This document shows, in pieces, positions 52,070 through 63,039 of a DNA stretch of 64,000 bases. Every line of letters starts with the position of its first letter. Position 1 is the first letter of the stretch. The translations under genes were made by a program, and so were the position numbers. The DNA comes from Podarcis tiliguerta. Taxonomy: Eukaryota. The notes below the pieces were generated by a model. The model made no database searches. It was not told where the DNA came from and worked only from the letters and a program-made list of their open reading frames with translations. Where the stretch lies: the NCBI GenBank assembly GCA_965153285.1, contig OZ229126.1; one strand, given 5' to 3'.

Positions 52070-52197
52070 AATGTTATGAAATGTCGATTATAATTTGAAC
52101 TTGATTTTCTTCCCTTTTTTTTTTAAAAAAAGTGGATAGTTAAAAACAAACAACTTTCTCAGTACTTTCCCCAGCATTCTCCAGATGTGTGGAGGAT

Positions 52198-52340
52198 CAC
52201 AGAATTGTAGAGTTGGAAGGGACCACAAGCGTCAACTAGTCCAACCCCCTATAATTCAGGAATCTTTCCCCCCCAAGATGGGGCTCAAATCCACAACCTG
52301 AATTTAAGAGTCTTATGCTCTGCCAACTGAGCTATCCCTG
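52198..52340 (-). mobile_element. tRNA(Lys)-like-headed SINE with CR1 3' tail
   Basis: Minus strand reads gggatagctcagttggcagagcataagactcttaa (tRNA-like), then gggggttggactag..gtcccttccaactctacaattct (CR1 tail). Confidence 0.8.
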
Positions 52341-53092
52341 GGAGATGACTCTAGTGGTAAACGAGTGGCAAGAGAGGCAAGATGAAGAAAAGTTTATCGG
52401 TGCAATAATTTCTTTTATCCACAGTCCTCCTTGCCTTCTTTCTGCCCAAATGATATTTTTCTGAGTGCTCGTGCACTTCTACTCTGAAGTGCATGTATAT
52501 TTTTATAAAAAACAACAAATTAATTAAATAAAAGTATTTAGTAACACTGTTGAGCAACCAGACTGTGGGCCTCTGAATCTGTATGGATTTTGCAGTGCAA
52601 TTAGAGCCTAATGGAGCCGTGTAGGTTTGATTTCTGAGAAATCCAAGCTCAGATGTCCCTATGTTGTTTAGTCTGTTCGCCACCTTCAAAACTGACTCTA
52701 GGCTGCTCTCCCCATCTGCCCATCTCATCTTAATGCATAGTATTCTCTGGCTAGCCCATGCTGTCAAAGAGAAAGGTGGGAAGAGAAGGGAATGGAAGTA
52801 GTCAGTAGAAACAACTGCCCTGAAACATGTTGTCCTATAATGAATAATCTGTGTTTCATTTAGAGAGCTTCTACTTTTCCTTCAGCTACTGAATGAAATC
52901 TTGGATTTGATCATATGAAGGCTGCCATGGGCAATATTCCTAAAGCAAAAACAAAAAATCTATCATGTTTTGCTGAAGCTATTGTTGAACGGAGGCATCT
53001 CACTGTCTGTACCTCAGGGGTTGGGTCAGCCCCAGGTGCTGAACTTAAGGGTAATGATGGATAGAGGAACAAGTTTGAAATACTGCTAATAT

Positions 53093-53575
53093 GCCTTTAT
53101 ACTGAGTCAGACCATTGGTCCAGCCACCTCAGTCTCATATCTGCACTGACTGGAAACAGCTTTCCAGTGATTTGGGAAGGGAGGAAGGCGGATGGGGTGC
53201 AGTTCGCACCCTGTGTCACCGTGAGGGTGGGTGACATTGCCGTGCCACACACACCCCACAATCGCTGCTTGGGTGGTGGGCCACTAGGGACAATGCTGCC
53301 ACAGATGGCTAGCGGCGCCCCCCAACATTCGCCGCATGGGCGGCTAGCAGCGCCCCTTCCAACACTTGGCCGCGTGGGTGGCAGACAACTAGGGACACTT
53401 GCCGTAGAGGAGGTTAGCCATGCCCTCATAGGCCGGCTAGCCTTGCCCCCGCGCCGGTCCGGGTGCTGCGGCAGGTAGCTCTGCCCCTGCCCAGCCCTGC
53501 TTAGAAATCCCAGGGATTGAATTTTGCAGTGTCTGCCTGCAAAGCAGATGCTCTATCACGGAACCATGGCCCTTC
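53093..53575 (-). mobile_element. Squam2-like SINE interrupted by a GC-rich insert (~53169-53490)
   Basis: 53093-53168 and 53490-53575 are the tail and head of the SINE seen at 6067-6245. Confidence 0.65.
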
Positions 53576-53824
53576 TTTCCCCTAATGTCTGCTAAGAGTG
53601 GTTTTCCAATGGGTGCAATTCTCTTCAGAAAGCCATTTCACTACTTCCTGGTGAGTGTGGTGCTAATCTAGGGAACTGCACTATCCCCTTTTTCCGTTAA
53701 TTATTCCTCCGTTTCAAATCCCTTGCCCCTTCTGCTCCAACCTTTATTATAAATCCAAGACACTCAATGTTGTGTTCTGCAAAAAGGAATTGAGCATCTG
53801 AATATTCATTTTCAGAGAGGATAT

Positions 53825-54209
53825 GAAGAGGAGTTTGGACTTTTCCACCTTTCACTCCCCTTAAGGCAGGCATGGGCAAACTTGGCCCTCCAGCTGTTTT
53901 GGGACTACAACTCGCATCATCCCTAGCTAACAGGACCAGTGGTCGGGGATGATGGGAATTGTAGTCCCCAAACAACTGGAGGGCCAAGTTTGGTCATGCC
54001 TGCCTTAAGGAGTCTCAAAGCAGCTAACAATCTCCTTTCCCTTCCTCCCCCACAACAAACAATCTGTGAGGTGAGTGAGGCTGAGAGACTTCAGAGAAGT
54101 GTGACTTGCCCAAGGTCACCCATCAGCTGCATGTGGAGGAGCGGGGACACGAACCCAGTTCACCAGATTACGAGTCCACCGCTTTTAACCACTGCACCAT
54201 GCTGGCTCT
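53825..54209 (-). mobile_element. Squam3-like SINE interrupted by a hAT MITE
   Basis: Collinear with 30608-30863 on both sides of the insert. Confidence 0.9.
53867..54002. mobile_element. hAT palindromic MITE nested in a SINE
   Basis: caggcatgggcaaact...agtttggtcatgcctg with perfect 8-bp TSD ccttaagg (53859-53866 and 54003-54010). Confidence 0.95.
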
Positions 54210-55467
54210 GCATATAAGGAAGCCGTCAGTTTATGGATCGAAAACCAGTTGTTTTCTCTTGGTTCCCCCCACCTCCTCTTCAAGTGTATTTCAAACGAAT
54301 ATACTTCTATTTAAAAGCCAATATTTAAAAGTTGTCCAAGTGAAATTTCTTTTACAATTCCACTGTGTGATTAAGTAGTTAGGAGGAAACCAACTGTGAA
54401 CTGATAAGTTCTGATTTGCTTTATGTTGTCCCGAAGATAATTTGAATTATTTGAATAAGCTGGTTATTTGTATCCCATGGAGATGTGCAAATCACACTGG
54501 AATCTTTGTTTCAGACAATGCCAGATCTCCTGGTGTGTGCACCAGTCTCAGACAACTGTTGCTCATAAATAAATATATTGGTTACGAGTTACTGTGGAGG
54601 TTGTCGTGCTTGTGTAGCATAAAGACCCCGGGTAGACACCAAGGCATGTGCAGGACATTTTACTGTGAGAAAATATAATGGTGGTGACGAGGTGGGAAAT
54701 ATTTGCATGTGCACACACACACACACACACACACACTACTTTTCCAGGGTTGAGCAAATATTTAAAATACATTGTGCAATAGGGAACCATACAGTACCAT
54801 CAAGCTTTTAATTAATTTAACATATAAAATAAAATATCTGAACTGGGATTTTTGTGTCAAGATTTTGGAAATTTATCTTTACTGTAGCAGAGTTAAATTT
54901 TGGCTCCACTGTATCTCAGTTTTGGATCTGTTTGCCATCTTACTCATTGTGGACATCTATGCATGTCTACTCAGAAATGCTGTTGGGTTCAATGGGACAT
55001 ACTCTCATGTATGTTGTTATAAGATTTCAGCAGTACAGACCAATTCTGTTGTCTCTGTTCCCCCATTGCAGAACACACATTACACCACAGGCAATGCTGA
55101 AATGAATGCAAGGCTTTGAATGCCTCCCACAGCTCCAGCATACAGCTGTCTTCTACTATGCAGATGAATTACCCAATGTTTCAAATGACTTACAATGGGG
55201 GGGGGGGGGTCACTGCAACTCTGACAATGACTGGTGGGCAATCTGGGACAAGAGGGTCCTTACAGAGCACCAACCTCCCCCCCTTTTTTTGAGAGTCGCA
55301 ATTGGTTGCTTTCTATGCAAGTCTATGGAGCCATTTCTCTATATACTTGGTAGGGAATCCCTCACCTCTGGAAACAGCTGGTGTAGGGATAGCCCACCTG
55401 AGGTCCCTGAGCTGATTTTTGTTGTTGTTGTTGTTGTGGGGGCGGGTAGAGTCACCAACCCTCCAAG

Positions 55468-56071
55468 TCTTCAGACATCTAAAGGGCTTTTACATGGAGG
55501 AAGGAGCAAGCTTGTTTCCTCCTGCTCTGGAAGGTAGGACCCAAACCAGTGGATTCACATTACAAGAAAGGAGATTCCAACTAAACACTAGGGATAACTT
55601 TCTGATTGGAACAGCTGTTTGACACCAGTGTGGTGTAGTGGTTAAATGCGGTAGACTCGTAATCTGGTGAACTGGGTTCGATTCCCCGCTCTTCCACATG
55701 CAGCTGCTGGGTGACTGACCTTGGGCTAAACACACTTCTCTGAAGTCTCTCAGCCCCACACACCTCACAGAGTGTTTGTTGTGGCGGAGGAAGGGAAAGG
55801 AGAATGTTAGCCGCTTTGAGACTCCTTCGGGTAGTGATAAAGCGGGATATCAAATCCAAACTCCTCCTCCTCCTCCTCCTCCTCTTCTTCTTCTTCTTCT
55901 TCGACAGTGGAATGGCGTCTGAGGGGGTGGTGGCCTCTCCTTCCTTGGAGGTTTTGAAGTAGAGGTTGGGTGGCCACCTGTTTTGGATGCTTTAGTTGAG
56001 ATTCTTGCATTGCAGAGGGTTGGACTAGATGACCCTTGGGGTCCCTTCCAATGCTACAATTCTATGATTCT
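55468..56071 (+). mobile_element. CR1 3' end split by a SINE insertion
   Basis: Encodes RHLKGFYMEEGASLFPPALEGRTQTSGFTLQERRFQLN. Resumes at 55900 and ends with ctacaattctatgattct. Confidence 0.92.
55625..55899 (+). mobile_element. Squam3-like SINE nested in CR1
   Basis: A/B boxes and (cct)n(ctt)n tail. TSD tttgaca (55618-55624) / ttcgaca (55900-55906). Confidence 0.92.
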
Positions 56072-57007
56072 GCAATTTCTCTGTGTATACATAAATGCGA
56101 GAAGGACCAAGGATTTTGTTGCCACAAAAGCTGTTTCCCCCCCATCATTTTTGGACACCCAAGGGTTTCCCTGCCCATGCAAGTCTATGGAGCGCTAATG
56201 CTGTACTAGATTATGAAGTTTCTTTTGTCTTTTGCTGTTTAAATGTTGTACTGATGTCTGGTCTGATGAGGGTCATCTTCTAGCAAACCACACAGATTTA
56301 ATATAGAATGCACTTTAACTAAAAAAGTTGAGATTTATGTTGTTTACTTTCCCCTTATTGTTACACAGCAATTAAAGCTAAGGAATGACTGCATGGTAAG
56401 TAGTAAAATAGATGCTCTCAGTCATCTCATAAAATATTTATGCTGTTTTATAATACAGTATAAGATGATACAGAGCTGAAAAGAGATTGGCAATAGGAGG
56501 TTATTCTTAGAACAAAGCATCTGTGTTTATAAAGCCCTTTTTTCATGACATCAGCAGCTAGATTTAACTAGGGTTAATGCAGAAATATTTGCTATTGATT
56601 CAGTATTGAAAAGAGCACAGCAGCATAATAATTCACTTAAAAGTACATATGAGGGTCCAGTAATTCATACAGTATGATTGAAATCTTGTTGTAATACAAA
56701 GCAAGCAGATTTTAACCATTAAAGAAGGCCAGCTACATTAACAGTCATCACTACACATTTAATAATGTTTGCTGTGCAAAATAATTTATTTTTTTTAATG
56801 CATACTAGTCACATTCTGAAATTAGGTTCAGGCACTTTACATTATAGCTCTGAATCTTTAAGCACTAAAGTACTGTAGTGACTGTCAGCATGTGGAACAT
56901 TTTGGAGAACAACGAAGAGAGTAAACACTTTTTCCCCACCCTTGCCGACTGCAAAATTTATTTCTGCAAAAAGAATCCCACTGTCATTTATTGCCTGGCA
57001 TCTAGCC

Positions 57008-57354
57008 TGTTATGTACTGAGTTGAATAGGACCCAAAATGCAGCAGTCTGATTGGTCCTAGAACAATAGGATTCAGAATGCAGCAGTCTGATTGGTCCTA
57101 GAGCAATGCAGCAGTATGATTGGTCTGCAGGAGCCACCCAATCCAACTCCAGATGGAAGTGAAGCCACAACCTGATTGGCCTACAGGAGAATTCCGGAAT
57201 TAGCCAATCACGTGCAGCCCGTTGTGTAAATAAGAAAGCAGATACTTTATATACTGTATATAAAGCAGATACTTTGGGGGAACTTTCATTCCTCCTCACC
57301 ACTATGAGCTGAATAAAGAACATGAAATCCACTCTCGATTCCGAGTATTTTTCA
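57008..57354 (+). mobile_element. Solo LTR
   Basis: TG...CA termini with 5-bp TSD tagcc (57003-57007 and 57355-57359). Contains repeated CCAAT boxes, TATATAAA (~57258) and AATAAA (57312). Confidence 0.93.
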
Positions 57355-57399
57355 TAGCCTTTTGCATGCTGTGCTGGTGTTTGGGACAGAACTGGGTGT

Positions 57400-57780
57400 T
57401 GGGCTGTTTAAGTCTGCTCAGCCTTTTCCTCAGCTTTCTGTGGGTTTTTTGCATCACCCACCCTCCTGCCTTTTATTCAGCCCGGGCATTTGCTGATCTC
57501 CCTTTTGGGGTATTAAGTAGGATTTCTCCCCCTGTAGGCTGATGGGCCTTACTGGCTAGTTCCTTTTCACCTACTCTGTACAGCATTGCTTTTGTTGCAG
57601 GTGTTTTTGCAGGTGATTGCTTTTAAATTGGTTAACTGGTCAAATCAGCAGGTAGGTTATCCAATACAAGTTAAGATTTGGTCGGCACCCTTAGGGACCT
57701 TTTAAGATTGTAGTTCCGAGACTTGCTTTCAGAGCTGTGGGACCTGCTGACAGCGTAAGGGGTGCCTTTGAAGCCAACCT
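57400..57780 (+). mobile_element. Diverged structured repeat with decayed ENE-like motif; ends approximate
   Basis: agtagg (57516-57521) pairs with cctact (57570-57575), preceded by ttttca. A second hairpin is ggcaccctta / taaggggtgcc. Confidence 0.45.
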
Positions 57781-57907
57781 GTCTGCATTAAAATTGCATG
57801 CACTTTGTATGTGCTCCAAATGTAAAATACGAACTTTTCCATGTTTTTCATAGTACTCATTTGTGAAATACATATGTTGCATGTATCTTTTAGGGCAAGC
57901 AATATTT

Positions 57908-57952
57908 TTGTGTGCACTTTTTGAAAAAATTGTGTGCACTTTTTGAAAAATT
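57908..57952. repeat. 22-bp tandem duplication
   Basis: ttgtgtgcactttttgaaaaa(a) occurs twice. Confidence 0.9.
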
Positions 57953-58279
57953 TGAAGTGTGCAATCTGGTTTCAGTTCAACTGAATTCTACCCAGAGTAG
58001 GCATATTGAAATTAATGGTGCTAAACTAGTTATTGTGAATATGAATAACATTAGATATAACTCGAACATTTGCTAAGGCTTGAACCTTTGGTGCATTTTC
58101 AGTGTGAGCACTTGCAAAAGGACATATTGACTTATCTTGGAATAGGGCACACAGCCTTGGCTCTAATGCAAATGATGGGCACTGTGTTAGTTTGCTCTTG
58201 GGAATTCTGGGACTGTCCATGGTGGAAAAAGATTTCTTCGGGGTCCTAGAAAGCATCTGCTTCCTTCCACTGTCTTGTG

Positions 58280-58528
58280 CATGGGTAGGCAAACTAGGGA
58301 CCGGGGTCCAGATCCGGCCCAATCGCCTTCTAAATCCGGCCCATGGATGGTCCGGGAAAGAGCGTGTTTTTACATAAGTAGAATATGTGCTTTTATTTAA
58401 AATGCATCTCTGGGTTATTTGTGGGGCATAGGAATTCATTCACCCCCCCAAAAAAATATAGTCCGGCCCCCCACAAGGTCTGAGAAACAGCGGACCAGCC
58501 CCCTGCTGAAAAAGTTTGCTGACCCCTG
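58280..58528. mobile_element. hAT non-autonomous element (OC1/OposCharlie1-like)
   Basis: Ends catgggtaggcaaact / agtttgctgacccctg with perfect 8-bp TSD gtcttgtg (58272-58279 and 58529-58536). Confidence 0.88.
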
Positions 58529-60043
58529 GTCTTGTGCAAAGAGAGGAAGGCAATGGTGGCAAATGAGCATTTGAAAAAAGAGCACTTTTGTATTGATCTG
58601 GGTACAGCAATATATGCCGTTTTGTATACAATTTCTTTGTAATATAATGTACTTCAGAGGCTACATTCCAACAGCGTTAAAAGCTCCTGTGTCTATTAAA
58701 ATCAATAGGCTTAGGGGTGCATAACTCACCTTTGGGTTTTGAACAGCAAAGTAATGCACTCCAAACTGTTCCTCTGATATGACATGTTGAAGAAAAAGGA
58801 GCAAATTCTGCTGCTTTCAAACTCTTCCCTTGCTTGCAACTTCAGCTGCATGGCAGAGGAATAGAATAGTCACAACTTCTAAGTATTTAATTCTACTTGA
58901 CTTTGTTTTCACTTGACTTACTCCTATCATGAGAAGCACGATAGATTTTCCTGAAGCCTCTTACTGTGGTATGTTCCTAAATTTTAAAATGATAATTCTA
59001 ATTATAATAAACGACGTGTAGTTTAGAATGCATAAATCAGTGAACAACTAAATGGACAGAATCCAAACAGAGTAGAATGCAGCCTACACTTGAGGTTTTT
59101 CTAATAATTTAGACAGAAGGCATGAAATATTTAACATGTAGTATTGGCTGAGGAGGTAGTTAAAATAGATTTCCTATACAGAAATCTAGGAATAAACACT
59201 GCGAAGCAACTGAGAGTCCAGAACAGTTTTTTTTTCCACACCTCTCCTTTGTCCTCCTCCCACCTCCACTGTACCCCTTAGCCGAAATTCAGTATTCAAC
59301 ATTATGCCAGTAATCTGTGGCAGAGTGAATGGATATGTGATAAATTGTCTTTTGAAGTTTATAAGGTGTTTGTCCGTAAAACAAGAGAAAATATTTTCCT
59401 CCCCATTACTCTCTTCCTGACAATCCAGGCTGGTGGGCTATCTAGAAGCTGTAAACACCTCTTTGCTTTTTAGCACAAAGTCCCATACATCCATTTCAAG
59501 GTTTTACAGCTATAAAGGCAAGCAAACAAAAAACCCTGACTGCCTACATAAACTGGAGTGGGCTGAAATGTTGTGATTTTGTTTATTGCTCTTTTACTGC
59601 AGTGGTCAAATAGTTCCTTTGAGACCAGACACTGGTACTCTGCCATCTGTACACTCGATGTTAGACAACTTGTATCAACTGAAGCACTGTGACAAATATT
59701 TATAACGAGCATGCTAATTAAATGAAATGCCACTATTCAGAATTGTGGAGGATATAAGATTAATGGCAAATTAAAAATAACTTGTCATCTTTCTTCTAAT
59801 AGATAATGATGTTGCTATCATGAGAGACACTGACTGTATTCCACTAGGGGTGAGCTGAAATGGGGTTTTTTCCATCAAATATTCTTGCCAGTGTTGAAAG
59901 GCAAACCAGCGTGTTTCCCTGTTCAGAAAAGTCTTGTCTCTTGACTCCAAATAGGCTTCATCTGCACTCAGTAATAAATATTCATGGTGAGATTTAGCAA
60001 CATGATCAGTCCGAGAAGCACTGCTCTTTTCCTGACTAAGCTG

Positions 60044-60270
60044 TAATAATAATATAATAATAATAATTTATTATTTATACCCCGCCCATCTGGCTGGGCT
60101 TCCCCAGCCACTCTGGGCGGCTTCCAAAAAAATATTAAAATACTGTACTACATCAAACATTAAAAGCTTCCCTAAACGGGGCTGCCTTCAGATGTCTTCT
60201 AAAAGTCTGGTAGTTGTTGTTCTCTTTGACATCTGGTGGGAGGGCGTTCCACAGGGAGGGCGCTAGTACC
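60044..60270 (-). mobile_element. L2 LINE 3' end
   Basis: Encodes APSLWNALPPDVKENNNYQTFRRHLKAAPFREAFNV with a (tta)n tail. Confidence 0.9.
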
Positions 60271-60870
60271 AATGCGGACGAACCAAAGCTCACCCCAGGG
60301 TTCCTGTGGTCCTGGCATGGCCCTAGCCCCTCAAGTGGGCTTTGGATGAGATCCAAGACCCCCAGATTTCTTTAATGGAATACCCAGTTTGGGAATACCC
60401 AAACAGAGGGGCAGGTGATGGCCGCACCTCCCCTCCCCACAATCCAACTGAGCCAATGCCTAACCGCCACCTTACAAGTTGTGACGATTGCTAAGGGGTA
60501 GGCAAAAGCCAAGTGGCTAGAGTCAGTTTGCCAAATGGAAAAAATTCCTACCCAGTCCCTGTTCCAAAACAGGTGACCCAAACCAAAGCATGGACAGACA
60601 AAACTACCTAATTCCTGGGGGGGGGGTTTCGGCAGCGCGATGCAAGTGCCCCTACTTGTATCACGCTGCCGCCTTTTAAGCCCTTGGGATCACACCACCC
60701 TCTGGGGATTGGCTAAACAGCCTGGCGTGATCCAAGGGCTATGGCCAGGGCTTTTAGCTACTCTCCCACCAACTAAGTCCCAGGGGCCCACGCACAACCA
60801 GCACCCTCTAATAGGAGGATCCCATTTACTGAAATATTAACTGGGTGGCGGGATGGGACTGAACTTAAAA
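60271..60870 (-). mobile_element. Highly structured repeat with best-preserved ENE-like motif; 3' part appears truncated at the L2
   Basis: Several strong hairpins plus gggtagg-aatttttt-ccatttggc..gccacttgg-cttttg-cctaccc on the minus strand. Confidence 0.6.
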
Positions 60871-62350
60871 AAAGCAGGGAGAAGCAATGGCAATAATCAC
60901 TTTAAAATGAAGAGCAGATTAATGTTTGAAGTTATCTGCTACCCCCAAACAGTACTTTTGACCTGGAAAACAAAATGGTTGAGCATTTGGAACAGAACAT
61001 TCATGTTAATGAGGTGACATAAGCCACTTTGCTCATGCAGCATCTTTTTGGACAGAGGAACCAAAGGTCTTCTTCTTTCTACTCTGAGCAGTGGTAGGGA
61101 AGCCATGGTGATGAGTCTGGGGCTGCCTGCTCCTCCCTATGTGATTGCAATAGAAATGGGATCCTTTCTGGCCCAGAAGGGGCAGATTATCTATCTCCCC
61201 ACCCCCACCCCCCACAGACCGACTCTGATAGGTAGGTTGCTGTGGGTCAAATTTGGCAAAAGCAGTTTGGCAAAAGCAGGTGCATCATAGGCACACCACA
61301 AACATCAGTGGACTGAGAGCATGTGGCCTGGCAGCTCACGGTTATGGATACTCCTGGCATGCCAGAGTCCAGTTTCTGGGGACACAGAGCTTATTGTTCT
61401 GCCTGGCTGTTTTTGCAGTGTACTGAGCAGACATACAGGTCACCTGATCATGTCATCTACACTCTGATGAGATGTGTTGCATTTCTGTTTAAATCACAGC
61501 ATACACCCCCCCCTCCCGAAACTTGTGCCTATACGAATAATTCATCATATGCAAATTTTATGCACATAAGTATCCTCTTTTTGGGTGAAGCATTTTTCTT
61601 CTCTCTCTCTTTTTTTGGGTGATATATTAGTTCTCTGCTTACTCCCTAGTTAGTGCATTTAGGATTGCTGCCTTAGTTATTTTTTCTGAATATCTTAAGA
61701 AATTAGGGGTGCGATTAGGGATATGTACTAGATTTTATGTTCACAACAGCCTTATGTGGTATAGATTAGGCCTGAAAGAAAAGCTCACATTACAGTGGCA
61801 GTGACTTGATAAAAACCGTCTAACATCTACTATTATGACCAGCCCTCTTTTGTTTCCAAAAATGATAATGAGGAAGAAGAGTCAATGACTATTCATGACA
61901 GCAACAGCTATGTAATGGGAAATGTTTTATCGTCATGGCCTGTGTCTTTCACCCCTCTTTGTTCCCTCTTGCCTGCATGTGAAAGAGTCCTTCCAGGACC
62001 CACTTGTCCTCTTCGTATGTCTTTCTGTCTTATCTATGACTTCTACTTTCTTTCTCTCTTTGTTAGTGTGTGTCTCTTTCTGTCTGTCTGCTTTCTCTTC
62101 CTGCTCTCTCCATGTGAGAGAGTAACAGAGAGTGAATTGATAGGATGCTCTTTTAAAAGAAATATTAACAAAGGCAGCACAACATGTAACTGGCAACACA
62201 GGGCACACGACTGAAAATATAGCAATGACTGTAAAGGGAAACAATACATTATACAATAAAAAAAAATACTTTTCAGGAAGCCACTCCATTGGGTGGTGTA
62301 AGCTGCCAGGGCATCATAAGTTGCATTCAATCTATTAATAAAGCTTACAA

Positions 62351-62699
62351 GGTAAAGGTAAAGGGACCCCTGACCATTAGGTCCAGTCGCGGATGACTCT
62401 GGGGTTGTGTTGCTCATCTCACTTTACTGGCCGAGGGAGCCGGCGTACAGCTTCGGAGTAATGTGGCCAGCATGACTAAGCCACTTCTGGTGAACCAGAG
62501 CAGCACACAAAAACACCGTTTACCTTCCCGCCAGAGTGGTACCTATTTATCTACTTGCACTTTGATGTGCATTTGAACTGCTAGGTTGGCAGGAGCTGGG
62601 ACCGAGCAACGGGAGCTCACCCCGTCACGGGGATTTGAACCGTCGACCTTCTGATCGGCAAGCCCTAGGCTCTGTGGTTTAACCCACAGCGCCACCCGC
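62351..62699 (-). mobile_element. Sauria SINE, near full length
   Basis: Minus strand starts gcgggtggcgctgtgggttaaacc (tRNA-like head) and ends with an (accttt)n tail. Flank aaagcttacaa is duplicated. Confidence 0.96.
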
Positions 62700-62833
62700 T
62701 TACAAAGCTTACAAAGGGAAACCAAATTTGATCAAAGTCGTCATGTTTTGCTGTGCCTCTTATTACTCTGTAGTGATATGTTAGATGACCCACACTCTTG
62801 ACTGCAAGTATTTCTCAGAGGCATCCTCTGGGG

Positions 62834-63039
62834 CAGGCATGCCCAAAGTCCATTTCAGGGGCCTAATCCGGCCCGACGGCCAATTTAATCTGGCCCCTAT
62901 AGCAGTATATGTCCTGGGGTAAAATCCTTTAAAAAGCTCAATAACTTCAATCCTAAGAAAAGCTCAACAACTTTGGTCGGCCCTCATGCATGTTCACTTC
63001 ATCAAATCTGGCCCTCTGAAAAAAGTTTGGGCACACCTG
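62834..63039. mobile_element. hAT-like MITE
   Basis: Ends caggcatgcccaaag / tttgggcacacctg with internal ccggccc motifs. TSD is degraded. Confidence 0.7.

Noticed and set aside
52270-52340. tRNA-like sequence on the minus strand (likewise the heads at 30800-30863 and 55625-55690)
   Set aside because: These are SINE heads fused to LINE-derived tails with broken cloverleaf stems, not tRNA genes.
56255-56300. ctgatga...aaac hammerhead-like core (also 21229-21260)
   Set aside because: No stem II pairing, GAAA missing or misplaced, and no stems I/III.
57030-57125. Direct repeats with short spacers, superficially CRISPR-like
   Set aside because: Eukaryotic context. These are U3 enhancer repeats inside a solo LTR with TG..CA ends and a TSD.
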